Of a DNA stretch of 64,000 nt, positions 41,605-54,020 are shown piece by piece (the stretch's first letter is position 1; each line of letters begins with the position of its first letter). Below the pieces are notes generated by a model, which saw only the letters and a program-made list of their open reading frames with translations, ran no database searches and had not been told where the DNA came from. The DNA lies in NCBI GenBank assembly GCA_965202625.1, contig CBDBBI010000010.1, positions 608,001-672,000 on the forward strand. Reading direction: 5' to 3'. The translations under genes were made by a program, and so were the position numbers. This DNA is from a bacterium. GTDB taxonomy: Bacteria; UBA8248.

Positions 41605-41785
41605 CGCTCATTCCTATGTTAGTGACATTGGCGGCATCTAAAAAATCGCCAACCCCGTCGTTCCTCTTTTGAGATATTCTCTCTTAGGCATATCCGGGAA
41701 GAGACAACGCTGCTGATACGCCATATTCATCTCTTTTCTTTCCGGGGAGACACCTACAACAAGAAAATACGCTTTGCATAGGGCG

Positions 41786-44608
41786 TTATGACCTTCCGTG
41801 GCAATACTTGTATTTTTTCCCACTTCCGCAGGGGCACGGCTGGTTGCGGCCAACCTTGGGCGTGGCGCGCCTTACCGGAGTAGGTGTTTGTATTGCCTCT
41901 CCGGCGGTTTCATTTCTAAATCCCGATGCGTCTGAATGGGAGAATACCATCTCTTCCTCCTGGCGGGATTCTTCCAACGCGATATCCTCGTCTGAGACAT
42001 CAAGCCGGTACATATACAGAACCGTCTCCACTTCAATCTTTTCCGTCATTGCCCCGAACATATCGAATGCTTCTTGCTTGTATTCATTCAAGGGATTCAC
42101 TTGCGCATAGCCCCTCAGGCCGATTCCTTCTTTGAGTTGCTCGATGTTGGTGAGGTGATCCTTCCATTGCGTATCCAGTATTTGGATATAAACGAGTTTT
42201 GCGAGTTCCAAAATGTTTTCAGGATCAAAATCTCTATATTTCTCATCCAAAACGACTCGTATAAGATCCCGCACCCTCTGGACAAGTTCATCTCTCGGTT
42301 CTTTCGCTACATCCACCACTACCGGCGCGAAAGCAGAAAAAATGACCTTTTCCCCCTCTACAGTTGCGGGGATGCCATATTGTCTCTCTACGGCACCTGC
42401 AAAGATTTCTATGTCCCAATCCTCAAAATGTTCGGATTCCGGCAAATGCAAGTCCGCGATGGCGTCGAGTATCGTGGAGGCGGTTTCCTTGATTTGGTCG
42501 AGTGCGTCGGAGGATTCCAGAATCTCTCGCCGCATCGAATAGATGACTTCGCGCTGTTTGTTCATCACGTCGTCATATTCGAGAAGATGTTTTCTCATCT
42601 CGAAGTGATGCGCCTCAACGCGCTTCTGGGCGTTTTCGATGGCGCGCGTCACCATCTTGGCCTCAATGGGCACGCCCTCCTCCATTCCCAGTTTCTCCAT
42701 CAAGCCTTTAATCCTGTCGGAGCCGAAGATCCGCAATAGGTCATCTTCGAGAGAGAGGAAGAATCTCGAACTTCCCGGGTCTCCTTGCCTGCCCGATCGA
42801 CCACGTAGCTGATTGTCAATGCGACGACTTTCATGTCGTTCGGTCCCCACCACGTGAAGCCCGCCCAATTCGACTATTTTGTTATGCTCCTTTTCGCAGA
42901 GTGCCTGAAACTCCTTCAGCGCATTTTCATATTCAGTGCCTTCGTCCGCGCCCGCTTTCGACGAGGCAAGAAAATCCGGATTGCCGCCAAGTAGGATATC
43001 TGTTCCACGCCCCGCCATATTGGTTGAGATGGTGACGGCGCCCTTGCGTCCCGCTTGGGCGATGATCTCCGCTTCTTTACTATGGTTTTTTGCGTTGAGA
43101 ACGTGATGCGGAATGCGTCTTCTTTTGAGCATTGAGGCAAGTTTTTCGCTCTTCTCGATGTTGATTGTTCCTACCAGTACCGGCTTTCCACTTTTATGAC
43201 ATTCGAATATCTCGTCCACTACAGCATCCATCTTTTCTCGCTCCGTGCGATACACCACATCAGGATTTTCGACCCGAATCAATTCACGGTTCGTCGGCAC
43301 GATGGCCACGTCTATTTTATATGTGGAATTAAACTCCGCCGCCTCGGTGTCCGCCGTCCCTGTCATGCCGGCCAATTTATCGTAAAGCCTGAAATAATTC
43401 TGGAACGTGATAGTCGCTAGGGTCACGTTTTCTTCTTGAACCCTGACACCCTCTTTCGCCTCAAGTGCTTGGTGTAGGCCATCGCTGAAGCGCCGCCCGG
43501 GCATCATGCGGCCCGTGAATTCATCGACAATGATCACCTCGCTGTCCTTCACCACATAATCAACGTCTTTGGTGAACAGCACATGCGCCTTGAGAGCCTG
43601 CTCCACATGATGGAGCACAGTGATGCTGTTCATGTCATATAAGCTTTGATCATCCGCCATAATGCCAAAGCGACGTAAAAGCTTTTCCGCCTCATGCCCG
43701 CCTGCTTCTTTTAAGTTTACCGTGCGGCTTTTTTCATCGACAATGAGATATTCATATTTTTTCTTGCTGACGATATCTTTGCCGCCTTCAACGTAGCCAT
43801 CATCCTCTTCTACTACACCTTCCTCAATTATGCCTTGTTGTTCCTTGAGCAACGGGCATATGACACGGTTCACGATGCGGTACAAGCGCGTAGCCCCATC
43901 CGCCGGCCCGCTGATAATGAGAGGAGTTCTGGCCTCATCTATCAGTATACTGTCCACCTCATCCACGATGGCGTAGTTCAATTCGCGCATGACGCAACTG
44001 CCGGGTTCAAGCTTCATGTTGTCTCTGAGATAATCAAATCCAAACTCATTGTTGGTGCCGTATGTGATGTCGCAAGCATAGGCGCAACGACGCGCTTCAT
44101 CATCCATCTCGTGTTGAATGCATCCGACAGTAAGTCCGAGCGATCTGAACAGACGACCCATCCACTCAGAATCACGACGCGCGAGATAGTCGTTTACCGT
44201 GACGATGTGAACGCCCTTGCCTTCCAAGGCGTTCAAATACGCGGCAAGCGTGGCGACGAGGGTTTTTCCTTCTCCGGTTTTCATCTCGGTAATCGTTCCG
44301 CTATGGAGGATGACACCCCCGATGAGCTGAACATCGAAATGCCGCATCTGGAGGCGACGCCAGCCTGCTTCACGCACCAAGGCAAACGCTTCCGGCAAAA
44401 TGTCATTCAAAGTCTTACCAGCGGCGAGGCACTTCTTGAAGCGATCGGTCTCCTCGCTCATTTGCACGTCCGTCATTTTTTGAACACGGGGTTCGTGAGA
44501 ATTTATTTCCTCGACTATCGGTTGTATCTTTTTGAGGAGGCGGTCATTCGCCGTCCCGAATACGGACTTAAAGAGCAACATGCCTGACTGAAAAACCGAC
44601 CCTATCAT
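41786..44608 (-). CDS. secA: Preprotein translocase ATPase SecA
   Basis: [54 protein letters not shown]. Confidence 0.98.
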   Translation of the reverse strand: MIGSVFQSGMLLFKSVFGTANDRLLKKIQPIVEEINSHEPRVQKMTDVQMSEETDRFKKCLAAGKTLNDILPEAFALVREAGWRRLQMRHFDVQLIGGVILHSGTITEMKTGEGKTLVATLAAYLNALEGKGVHIVTVNDYLARRDSEWMGRLFRSLGLTVGCIQHEMDDEARRCAYACDITYGTNNEFGFDYLRDNMKLEPGSCVMRELNYAIVDEVDSILIDEARTPLIISGPADGATRLYRIVNRVICPLLKEQQGIIEEGVVEEDDGYVEGGKDIVSKKKYEYLIVDEKSRTVNLKEAGGHEAEKLLRRFGIMADDQSLYDMNSITVLHHVEQALKAHVLFTKDVDYVVKDSEVIIVDEFTGRMMPGRRFSDGLHQALEAKEGVRVQEENVTLATITFQNYFRLYDKLAGMTGTADTEAAEFNSTYKIDVAIVPTNRELIRVENPDVVYRTEREKMDAVVDEIFECHKSGKPVLVGTINIEKSEKLASMLKRRRIPHHVLNAKNHSKEAEIIAQAGRKGAVTISTNMAGRGTDILLGGNPDFLASSKAGADEGTEYENALKEFQALCEKEHNKIVELGGLHVVGTERHESRRIDNQLRGRSGRQGDPGSSRFFLSLEDDLLRIFGSDRIKGLMEKLGMEEGVPIEAKMVTRAIENAQKRVEAHHFEMRKHLLEYDDVMNKQREVIYSMRREILESSDALDQIKETASTILDAIADLHLPESEHFEDWDIEIFAGAVERQYGIPATVEGEKVIFSAFAPVVVDVAKEPRDELVQRVRDLIRVVLDEKYRDFDPENILELAKLVYIQILDTQWKDHLTNIEQLKEGIGLRGYAQVNPLNEYKQEAFDMFGAMTEKIEVETVLYMYRLDVSDEDIALEESRQEEEMVFSHSDASGFRNETAGEAIQTPTPVRRATPKVGRNQPCPCGSGKKYKYCHGRS

Positions 44609-44722
44609 TTATCACTCCACTGGGATTTATTCACCCGAATCAGCTTCCTTAATTAGGTAGGTTATCATGGTGTTTTAGGGGGAAAAAGCAAATGTCTCAT
44701 GCGGGCTGGCGCGTTATTCGAC

Positions 44723-45590
44723 TTACTCTACAATATAGAGTTGGGAATTGACGGCGACTTTGTTTACTTGAATTTCATAGTGGAGATGCGGACTGGTCGC
44801 TCTACCCATAGAGTCGACTTTGGCGATGATATCACCTCTTTTTACGTGCTGGCCGACTTTCAGCAGATTCACGCTATTGTGGACGAATTTCGCAACAATG
44901 CCCTGTATGTGCCAAATTGCAACAATTCTCACATGCCCGCCCTTTCTGCTGGCCAGAATGACAACACCATCCGCCGGGACGAATATAGGCGTTCCTTCTC
45001 TCGCGACAACATCAATGCCCTGATGAAATTCTCGCTGATTCGTAAATGGGGAGCGCCTGTATCCAAAACCGGAGGAGAGCCACCCTTTGACGGGCCATAT
45101 GGAGGGCGTGTGAGAGAGCAATACGTTTTTGTCTCGAAAGGCTCTCAGTAAGCCATTGAACCCGTTTTCTTGTTCAGAGGCGCGTCTTTCAATGCCCTAA
45201 AACTGACGATTTAGACTCCGTATGAACCTTTGCACAGACGGAGTGAGTTGTCCAAGTTCATCAGGTAGCGGACCTTTCGTAACGCCTCCTACGCCCGGAG
45301 TGTCATTTCGCTTGCCCAGATTCAATGAAGCCATAATGCGAAGATGGCATTTAAATTGATGGAGTTGGGTCCATCTATTATGGAAGGATCGGAGTTGGCA
45401 CTGAATGTCTCCAGCAGTCGCTTTTGTGTTTTGTTTTAATGTTTGAGGAGCGAGAGTTCGGCCACATGTATCTCACTAAGAGTATCCTATATTTCGTAGG
45501 GCTATCATTTCTCGTGATGTTAAAGAGTCGGGTAACACTGGAATTACTTGGTATCACGATGATGGTGTCCTTCTTGCCCATCGCAGGCAT
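44723..45590 (-). pseudogene. Decayed M23 peptidase
   Basis: TPSIWPVKGWLSSGFGYR..FHQGID..PHLHYEI retained; N-terminal part fragmented by stops. Confidence 0.75.
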
Positions 45591-45700
45591 TCCCAGAAGC
45601 TTCCCGAAATCTTTTTTTATTCAGAGTCGCATATAGCTATTGAGGATCAAAACCCTAAGTCAAATGACCCCTGAAGTAAAGAATCGGCGAAGAAATAAAT

Positions 45701-46531
45701 TCAACGCATCACAGCCCCTGAGTCGACCAGAATCGCTTGACCCGTGATAGTTTTCGCATCATCACTCGCCAGGAATGCGACTGCACGCCCAATGTCCTCA
45801 ACCGATTGCTCTAATCCCAAAGGCGTTTGTTCCACAAAGTGATCGAAAACTTCTCTTGGCGTTTTTCCGCTGAAGTTTGGGAACTTTTTGATGAGCTGAG
45901 CGGATAGATTCTTCCACATCGCGCTCCAAATCAAGCCCGGACAAACCGCGTTCACTGTAATGCCCTCGCGCGCTACCTCGCGTGCGAGGGCCTGAGTGAA
46001 TATGATAACCGCCGCTTTGCTGGCACTATAATGGGGTATGGTTTCTCGGCCATCGCGTCCGGCACGCGAGGAAATGTTTATCACGCGCCCCCAGCCCTTG
46101 CCCTTTACTTTATCAAGCGCGGCTTGGCACAGCAAAAAAACGCCCTTCACGTTCACGCTATACGTGTCGTCCCAATCATCCTCAGTGATGTCGGACAAAG
46201 GCGGACCAAGTTTGAAGTCCACCCCACCGATGACGCCCGCGTTGTTGACTACAATATCGAGGCCGCCGAATTCCTTGGCGACCACATCCACGACTTCCAC
46301 GCACTCGCTTTTGTTCGTTACGTCAAGGGCGTAAGGGATGGCGCGCACCCCCAATGTTCTTACCTCCTTCGCCGTCTCCTCCGCAGCGGCCGGCGAGATG
46401 TCGGCCAACGCCACATGCGCGCCCTCTTCCGCCAGGCACCGGGCGATACCGCGCCCTATTCCTCCTGAGGCGCCAGTGATGAGCGCGACTTTTCCCCTCA
46501 AGCCTCGCTCTCTGGGTAGAGGAGAAACCAT
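45701..46531 (-). CDS. SDR family oxidoreductase
   Basis: TGASGGIG, NNAG, YSASK. Confidence 0.92.
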   Translation of the reverse strand: MVSPLPRERGLRGKVALITGASGGIGRGIARCLAEEGAHVALADISPAAAEETAKEVRTLGVRAIPYALDVTNKSECVEVVDVVAKEFGGLDIVVNNAGVIGGVDFKLGPPLSDITEDDWDDTYSVNVKGVFLLCQAALDKVKGKGWGRVINISSRAGRDGRETIPHYSASKAAVIIFTQALAREVAREGITVNAVCPGLIWSAMWKNLSAQLIKKFPNFSGKTPREVFDHFVEQTPLGLEQSVEDIGRAVAFLASDDAKTITGQAILVDSGAVMR

Positions 46532-46534
46532 CGT

Positions 46535-46930
46535 TTATTTTCCGTATCCCGTCATAGTCCCGCCCGTTTCCAACCAATCCTCAAATACTTGGAGGCTTTC
46601 CAGAACGGCGGGAACGCCACCGTAGGGCGACATCTGAAAGATGACCTCCATGATCTCTTCGTCTGTCGCGCCATAACTCCTCAAGGCCGTGAAATGAGAG
46701 CGCATCTGGTTGAATCGGCCCGTTACGCACAAGGCCGCCAGCGCACAGAGCTCTCGCGTTTTGTGCGGGAGTACATTACGATCATACAAGCCACCATGAA
46801 CGAATCGTTGAAACAACATGGAGAAATCAGGGTCGAGTTTATTCAAGCGACCAAACAGTTTTTCCGTATAGCCTTCTCCATACTGCGTATTGCCGCGTCT
46901 AATCGCCGGCGGGTAGAATTCTCCGGTCAT
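46535..46930 (-). CDS. Carboxymuconolactone decarboxylase family protein
   Basis: LPHKTRELCAL, EEIMEVIFQMSPYGGVP. Confidence 0.85.
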   Translation of the reverse strand: MTGEFYPPAIRRGNTQYGEGYTEKLFGRLNKLDPDFSMLFQRFVHGGLYDRNVLPHKTRELCALAALCVTGRFNQMRSHFTALRSYGATDEEIMEVIFQMSPYGGVPAVLESLQVFEDWLETGGTMTGYGK

Positions 46931-46964
46931 TTATGACTCTCCTCAGTTGGCACACGAAAATCCG

Positions 46965-47894
46965 CTAGTCGGCTTCGATGATTTCGTTGCGCAATCGACC
47001 CAGGCCGCCAATTTCCACTTCCACCACGTCGCCCGGAGTGAGGAACGAGGGCGTTTCTCGTGCATAACCTACGCCCGAGGGCGTACCCGTCAAAAAGATA
47101 TCGCCCGGCTCCAAGGTAAAACCTTCTGAAAGGACTGAAATCATGGATGGAATATCGTGAATCATCATGTTCGTGTTGGAATCCTGGCGCGCTTTGCCGT
47201 TCACCCAGCTCTTGATGGTTTGGTTCATCGGATCGCCATAGTATTCTTTTGGAACGATGTACGGCCCAAGAGGGCACGTGCTATCAAGGGTCTTGCCCTT
47301 GAAAATCTGTTTGTGTCGCCTCTGAATATCTCTTGCGGAGATGTCGTTTGCGCAACAATAACCAAAGATGTGCTCATAGACTTTATCTTGATGTATGTTT
47401 TTTCCACTTTTACCGATAATGACGGCGATTTCGGCTTCATAGTCGAGCTTTTCGGTCACCCCCCGGTGGGCGGGTATGCCCTGATTATGTCCGATGAGCG
47501 CACTTTGCGCCTTGGTGAAGAAGATGGGATGGTCGAGGTTGACCCTTGTCGTCTGCGCATCCTTCGCTTGCAACCCCTCATTCACATGATCCTGATAGTT
47601 GAGTCCCATACACAGAACGTGCTTGGGGGGAACGGGAATCGGGGAGATGTGTTGGACGTCCTCAGGGAGCATGAGAATGGGTGCCAACTCTACGGCGTTC
47701 TCTTCGGCTTGTGATATCAAATTGTGCAACGCCGAGCTATGAGCTTCCCACGTCTTGATGATTTCAATCATGCTGTCGAACGCCAGCTCTTTTTTTCCCA
47801 GAACTCCGGCCAGACGCGAGATGTGAGCGATTCTATCGCCCACATAAACGCCGACTCTCTGAAGACCCCTGTAATTGTATGACAACAGTTTCAT
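46965..47894 (-). CDS. Fumarylacetoacetate hydrolase family protein
   Basis: GLNYQDH, LDYEAE, NDISARD, TGTPSGVG. Confidence 0.92.
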   Translation of the reverse strand: MKLLSYNYRGLQRVGVYVGDRIAHISRLAGVLGKKELAFDSMIEIIKTWEAHSSALHNLISQAEENAVELAPILMLPEDVQHISPIPVPPKHVLCMGLNYQDHVNEGLQAKDAQTTRVNLDHPIFFTKAQSALIGHNQGIPAHRGVTEKLDYEAEIAVIIGKSGKNIHQDKVYEHIFGYCCANDISARDIQRRHKQIFKGKTLDSTCPLGPYIVPKEYYGDPMNQTIKSWVNGKARQDSNTNMMIHDIPSMISVLSEGFTLEPGDIFLTGTPSGVGYARETPSFLTPGDVVEVEIGGLGRLRNEIIEAD

Positions 47895-47942
47895 ACGTAT
47901 CTCCTATTCATGCGGCTCTCCTGGAGGTGGTGATTTTGAGAT

Positions 47943-49031
47943 TCAGGAAACCTTGTAGCGGGCAAGCGCATCCGACGTGAACTCGACGCCATGCCCTGAC
48001 ACTTCAGGAACGTTAACGCACCCATCGCGCACGGAAAAATCTTCCGTGAGATCATCTGACGAGAAGAATTCCATATATTCGACCATATATCCCCTAGGCG
48101 TCGCGCCTACGAGGCTGACCGACAGTTCATGGACCAAATGACTGCTCAGGGAAACGTTGAAAGCATCGGCTAGGTGCGCAATTTTGATAAACTCCGTCAC
48201 GCCCCCGCAGCGACAAACGTCTGGCTGTAAGAAACCCACCGCCCGGCGTTCACATATTTCTCGAAATCCCCAACGCATGTAAGCGTTCTCACCCGCCGCG
48301 ATGGGGACCATACTCCTCTCAGCCACTTCGGCAAGATCGTCGACACAATCGGCAAGGACGGGTTCCTCAAACCAGGCGACGCCGTGTTCCGCCAACATAG
48401 TGGAGACTTCAATCGCCTCGCGCACGTTGTAGTTTTGGTTCGCGTCGCAGAAGAAGATAAAATCCTCCTCTACATTTTTTCTGAGAAATGCGATACGCTC
48501 CTTATCCCTCTCCGTTCCGATCTTCAGTTTATAACCTCTCATGCCGAGTGCGGCGGCCTCTTCGGCTTCTTCGAGCAGTTCAGCGTCCGAAAGCGTATGC
48601 CACCCGCCACTACCATATACTGGCACTTTTTGGCGAAATCCACCCAAAAGGCGATTCAACGGCAGACCAGCAGATTTCGCCACCACGTCCCAACAAGCGA
48701 TGTCCACCGCAGAGAGAGAATATAAACCTAACCCCCCGCGCATTCTCGCTTTGTTTGGCGCCCACATTCGGTGCCAAAGCGCCTCAGGGGCCAAAGCGTC
48801 TTGCCCTATCGCCAACGGGGCCAATTCATTGTCAATGTAAGGCCGCATCGCAGCGGTGCCCTCCCCGCCCAGACCCATCGTAAAACCCGTGCCGGTTGGG
48901 CCGCCTTCGGTATGAAGATGGACCACAATGACGTCAAGGTGCGTATAAGCTCCAAGCGAACTTTGAAATGTTTTCTTAAGAGGAACTTTAAGGGGAATAG
49001 AATCAAGGGAGCGTATTTTTAGTTTTGACAT
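47943..49031 (-). CDS. Mandelate racemase / muconate lactonizing enzyme family protein
   Basis: KLKIG, DANQ, WFEEP, AAGEN, QPDV. Confidence 0.9.
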   Translation of the reverse strand: MSKLKIRSLDSIPLKVPLKKTFQSSLGAYTHLDVIVVHLHTEGGPTGTGFTMGLGGEGTAAMRPYIDNELAPLAIGQDALAPEALWHRMWAPNKARMRGGLGLYSLSAVDIACWDVVAKSAGLPLNRLLGGFRQKVPVYGSGGWHTLSDAELLEEAEEAAALGMRGYKLKIGTERDKERIAFLRKNVEEDFIFFCDANQNYNVREAIEVSTMLAEHGVAWFEEPVLADCVDDLAEVAERSMVPIAAGENAYMRWGFREICERRAVGFLQPDVCRCGGVTEFIKIAHLADAFNVSLSSHLVHELSVSLVGATPRGYMVEYMEFFSSDDLTEDFSVRDGCVNVPEVSGHGVEFTSDALARYKVS

Positions 49032-49043
49032 TTCCTCTCCTGT

Positions 49044-50219
49044 CTACAAAAACCGCATGGAGCGAATGCGCATGGCTTGGTTCGTCCCGTCTGAGTGCAA
49101 AAAGCTGGTTACGTCTCTTAAATATTTTTCCATTGGCGCGTCCGTCATATAGCCAGTACCGCCCCAGACCTCTAGGGCGCGCGTCGCGATTCGGTATGAT
49201 GACTCGGACACGAAACATTTGGTCATAAAACCCATTTTGGGGTCATACAAACCCTCTTGGCCTGCTGTCCAGGCCGCATAATGGAGCAATCGTCTGCTCG
49301 CTTCATATTCGGCGAAACAATCCGCGAGCAAGAAACCGACCGCCTGGTGCTCGATAATCGCTTTGCCCCCTTGAATTCGATTTCGAGCGTGTTCGAGGGC
49401 GTCTTCGTAGGCTGCCCTGGCGGTGCCGAGAACCGTGGCGGCGGCCTCTATATTCGAACCCGGGACGAAATTTCGGCGCACCGCCATAGCATTGTTCACT
49501 TCCGAGATGCGATTTTCATCGGGTATCCTACAGTTCTCAAAAACAAGCTCTGCGTTCAAAGAGAGCCGCTGTCCCATTTTGTCATGAAATTTTCCGTAGC
49601 AAAAACCCTCCATGTCAGGTGTGATGAGGAAATACGTCATCCCTGCCGACACGCCTTTTGTCGTGTCCGTTCTCATGGCGACGATGCAAAGTTTAGCGAT
49701 GCCGCCGTTGCTGATATATCGCTTCTTCCCGTTTCCTATCCAATCATCTCCATCGCGCACTGCGGTCGTGCGCACGCCAGCGTCAGGGCTGTCGTAGGGA
49801 ATGATGTTATCCGATCCGCCCGACTCCTCCGTCATCCCAACGGCTAGATGAAAAAGATGATCTTCCAGAAAAGGTCTCAGGTAACGTTCTTTTTGCCCTT
49901 CATTCGTCAACTTTTCAAACAGATGGGTAATCTTCCACGTTTGGTCAAATGTGACGGCCGTGCCCAGGTCTCCCCAGGCGAGTTCCTCGCCCACGATGCA
50001 TAAGGTGAGAACATCGCAGCCGCCACCCCCTATCTCCTTGGGCGCAGCGAGAGTCCTCAAACCCAGTTTGCTCCCCTTCTCTAAAACATCCCATGGGAAG
50101 CGCTTTATGGGGTCGGGTTCTTTGTCCAGAGTAGCGGCGACGGGGCGAATCTCCTGTTCGGCAAAATCGCGTGCTGTTTTTTGCAGTTTTTTTTGCTCGG
50201 CAGTGAGCGTGAAATCCAT
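49044..50219 (-). CDS. Acyl-CoA dehydrogenase family protein
   Basis: MTEESGGSD, NGKKRYISNG, KMGQR, GGTGY..EKYLRD. Confidence 0.92.
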   Translation of the reverse strand: MDFTLTAEQKKLQKTARDFAEQEIRPVAATLDKEPDPIKRFPWDVLEKGSKLGLRTLAAPKEIGGGGCDVLTLCIVGEELAWGDLGTAVTFDQTWKITHLFEKLTNEGQKERYLRPFLEDHLFHLAVGMTEESGGSDNIIPYDSPDAGVRTTAVRDGDDWIGNGKKRYISNGGIAKLCIVAMRTDTTKGVSAGMTYFLITPDMEGFCYGKFHDKMGQRLSLNAELVFENCRIPDENRISEVNNAMAVRRNFVPGSNIEAAATVLGTARAAYEDALEHARNRIQGGKAIIEHQAVGFLLADCFAEYEASRRLLHYAAWTAGQEGLYDPKMGFMTKCFVSESSYRIATRALEVWGGTGYMTDAPMEKYLRDVTSFLHSDGTNQAMRIRSMRFL

Positions 50220-50428
50220 TGTTTCGCCCTTTACTTTGTGCAAAGTTGTCCATGAGATAATAGAATATGCCTATGCGCCAAAATTCATTCAAAATAACAT
50301 AGGCATGTTGAATAATATCTTTTCATTCTTTTGTTCGCAATAGTGAGCAAGGTGAGAATAGGCGAGCATTTCTACATATCGTAATTATAATCTGTGGATG
50401 AAAGTCGCTTAGTTTCAATTGGTTATTA

Positions 50429-51211
50429 TCAATATGAGCCTTTGTCTTCTCCTTTCCACATACGCCATCTCACGATGATGGCGCCAAAAACGATGAGGAG
50501 GACAGCGCTCGCAAGATATGCGGCGCGAACCGAACCAATCAAAAGACTATCCGCGCGAAAACCGCTTACCGAGGCACGGCCAAATGAATACAAAACAAAA
50601 TAGAGACAAAATATAAATCCGGGCTTGTGATTCGTCAGCCGCAATCTTCGGAGGATAAAGAACCACAACAGATTCAAAATCAGCTCGTATAGCATCACGG
50701 GATGCGTTGCTTGGCTAGGGAACTCCCTGCCCGCAATAGAGATTAGGGGAAACTCAACGCCCCACGGCATCGTTGTCGGGACGCCGTGGGCGTCGCCATT
50801 CATGAAATTTCCAAATCGCCCAAACGCCTGCCCGAGCACCACGGCGGGAGCCACTGCATCGCTAAATTCCCACATAGAGACGGGGTGTTTTCGGAGATAG
50901 ACGTATCCGGCCAGGGATCCGCCCAGTAGGCCGCCATGTATCGCGAGACCGCCATGCCATACGGCGATGATCTCCCACACATTTTTGCTGTAAAATTCCC
51001 AGTTGAACAAGACGTAATAGATTCTGCCGCCGGCGATGCCAGCGAACATCGCGATGAGGCCAAAACTCATCACCTCATCCGAGGTGATGGGCATATTTTT
51101 CCGTTCTGCCTCTTTGCTCACCAGCTGCGCTCCGACTAGAACAGCAGCGACATACATGAGTCCGTACCAACGCAACGAGAACGGACCAATTTCAAATATA
51201 ACGGGGCTCAA
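50429..51211 (-). CDS. lgt: Prolipoprotein diacylglyceryl transferase
   Basis: LRWYGLMY, GGLAIHGG, GRFGNFMN, HPVMLYE. Confidence 0.95.
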   Translation of the reverse strand: MSPVIFEIGPFSLRWYGLMYVAAVLVGAQLVSKEAERKNMPITSDEVMSFGLIAMFAGIAGGRIYYVLFNWEFYSKNVWEIIAVWHGGLAIHGGLLGGSLAGYVYLRKHPVSMWEFSDAVAPAVVLGQAFGRFGNFMNGDAHGVPTTMPWGVEFPLISIAGREFPSQATHPVMLYELILNLLWFFILRRLRLTNHKPGFIFCLYFVLYSFGRASVSGFRADSLLIGSVRAAYLASAVLLIVFGAIIVRWRMWKGEDKGSY

Positions 51212-51335
51212 ATGTTTGATTCCTCATCCGATTGGAGATGAGCGCGAAGCGGCATCTTTGAGCAAAGGGCGACTTTGCGCTTCTGATACGAATGGCGTCG
51301 CTTGATTCCATTCCCGATACGATGTGTCGGCCCGA

Positions 51336-52427
51336 TTATTTTGGGTGGCGATAGATATAGCTTTCCGGATAATAGTCCTTCCACCCGAACCAAAACGAGA
51401 GCGTACTGGGGAGCTGACGCAACCGAGCGCCTTTTAGCGGCCCATGAACCGCAAGGCCGGTTAAGCGTTGCCAACGTGAACCCGTTTTTGTGTCTTTCAT
51501 GAACCGGCAAACGGTGGAGTCTTTCCCATCGCTCTCTTCAAGAACCGCGAATTGTAGTATCTCTCCATTCAAAGAACGATCAAAAACAACGCCTGAGCCC
51601 GCACTGTCGCAATAGGTGACCAAAACTTCTCGCCCAGAAAAATGGTCGTTCACTAATCCGGCGCGATTCAAATCAGCAAATGGATATACCTTGGCCACCT
51701 GTTTTTCATTCTCCTTTGGAACGTCAAGGACAAGGCCAACCAGCAAGGTTTTCGGATGCAGACGATCGTCTCGATATTTAGAGGGGATAACGCCCGTTTT
51801 CGAGCTGTAGTAGTAGCCTTCATAGGGATCTCGAGAAGCACCGCGAAACATTCCACTAAGCCCGTTACCCTCTTTTTTCAAGACCAGGGTGTCGGGATAA
51901 AGTTGCTTCCATTCAGAATAGCGAAGCATGGCTGCGGGATAAATTTCTAGGCGCTTGCCCTTCAGAGGACCAATAACAGCCTTGCCCGTGAGATGGCTCC
52001 ATAGAGAATCCGTTTGCCGATCATACATGATGAGGGCGTTCTTCCAAAGTTTGCCCGAAACCCCAAAAGTGAGTTTCTTGCCTTCTAAATCACGGCTATA
52101 CACGATGGCCGTATAGCAAAGCGGTCACCACGTAACGGCTATGGATCGTCCCCCTACAACGTCGTTGACAATCTCGTGAGAACTGAGAAGGGGAACCGAA
52201 TAGGCCCTCTTATCTCCTTTGATATTGACGCCGATGACCATTTCACTGGGCTGCATGAACTTGTCCGCATCTTTCGCCTTAACGAATTTTGGTGCATCAA
52301 TTGAGGGTATCGCATCTTTCGGCAATAAGGTGCGGATTTCACCTTCCGGATTGGCAGCACCAAAAATCGGAAAAATGAGGAAAACGAGGAAAAATGAAGA
52401 GAAAGAAACGCATCGTATCAGCGTCAT
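51336..52427 (-). CDS. Exported DUF3179 protein, probable selenoprotein (UGA at 52125-52127)
   Basis: The two track ORFs are in frame across TW-UGA-PLC; DAIPSIDAPKF, FGVSGKL, MYDRQTDSLW, FWFGW. Confidence 0.8.
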
Positions 52428-53852
52428 GAGCTCAACCTCCGCAAGCAGCGAAAACTATGAAGGACCGCAAAGAAAGTCCGTTCTCCGAGGGGTGTTCCGC
52501 GCACCATCTGGGCTAAAACATCTACGCCTATAGGAATTTCTTTCAATAAATGTTCGATATCTTCTAATCTTTTTATCGTCACGCGCCTCCGCGTTTTTTC
52601 GTCCCCGGGAACGCGATACGATAGTTCCCTAATTACCATACCCGCGCGCGCAAGCCATCGGCGAAGGCCCGGCTCCCTGTTTTCACCTTGCGTATGTAGA
52701 CGCCGCTTGCTTTTAACCTGTTTTTCTCCCGCAGTTCATCCGTGAGATTCCCTAGCTCCATTCCGTAACTTTTATGTTTTCCCAGTCCATCAGTTTTTCT
52801 CTCAGGCGCTTTTTTCGCCGCAACTCCAAAATCAGGCAAGTGGACCATTTTGACCGAAAATCTCCTCCTGCGGGCATTGCGCACCACTTCCACAGCCACA
52901 GTTTCTCCCGGCGGCGTCCAGCCAACGAGGCGCTGGAGATGAGACGTATTCAAGACAGACGTGCCATTGAGGCTGACGATAACGTCTCCCGTCTTGATGC
53001 CTACTCCCTCGGCCGGCCCATCCTTTAGCAGTGAACCCACGAGTTCGCCTTTTGGTTTCGACAACCCCAACAGGTGGGCGATGTCCTGGGTCACTGGCTG
53101 TATTGTCACCCCTAAGTACCCGCGTGGAAAATTTCCGCTTCGCTTCAGATATTTGACGACGTCTTTCGCCATGTTGACGGGAACGGCGAAACCAATGCCG
53201 CTGCCAGGCATTGGAATGGCGGTGTTTATGCCAATGACTTCGCCGTCGATGTTGAATAAAGGCCCACCGCTGTTGCCCCGGTTTATGGCAGCATCGGTCT
53301 GGATGAAGTCCTCTATAACGGGCGACGCCAACACCGGTGCGTCCGATTCCACTCACAACGCCCACCGTGAATGTTCTCGTAATGCCGAATGGGTCTCCGA
53401 CAGCTATCGACCACTGCCCCACCTGCACTTTATCAGAGTTTCCCAGAGCCGCCACAGGGAGCGGACGATGTGGATCAATTTTGAGAAGTGCGAGATCCGT
53501 ATATTTGATCCGTCCCGATGACCTTCGCCGAATATGTGGACCCATCAGAAAGCCGCACGCGTAATCTCTCTGTGTTAGCCACCACATGATTGTTCGTCAA
53601 AATATAGCCTTCTGGATCGATGATCACGCCTGAAGCAGACGAATATTGCGGTATATCCGGGTGTGGTATTTTTGGGTCCCGTTGGGCGGGTTTCTTTATC
53701 CTCTCTGAGCGTATGCTTACAACCGTTGGCTTTACTCTTTCTGCAATGCCCGTGAATACCGTTTCGATTTTCTTCATGAAATCAATGCCAAGGCTCGCAT
53801 AAGCGGATGCGCCTAAATTGAGGGAAAATACGAAAAAGATGGACACAGACAC
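52424..53852 (-). pseudogene. DegP/HtrA serine protease with PDZ domains, about three frameshifts
   Basis: [14 protein letters not shown] and [15 protein letters not shown] lie in three different frames; second PDZ shifted again. Confidence 0.85.
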
Positions 53853-54020
53853 AATGCTTTGATAAATTATCGATCCCTCTTGCCTTACTTCAAGATCAGA
53901 GAATTTTCTTACAAATTATACAGTGATGTTTGTATCTTTGGGGAAGCGCGCGCGAGAAATATAAAACGCCTTAAAGAGGACAATGCGGCTCCCAGAAGCC
54001 GGTAACGGAGAGGAGCCCGA

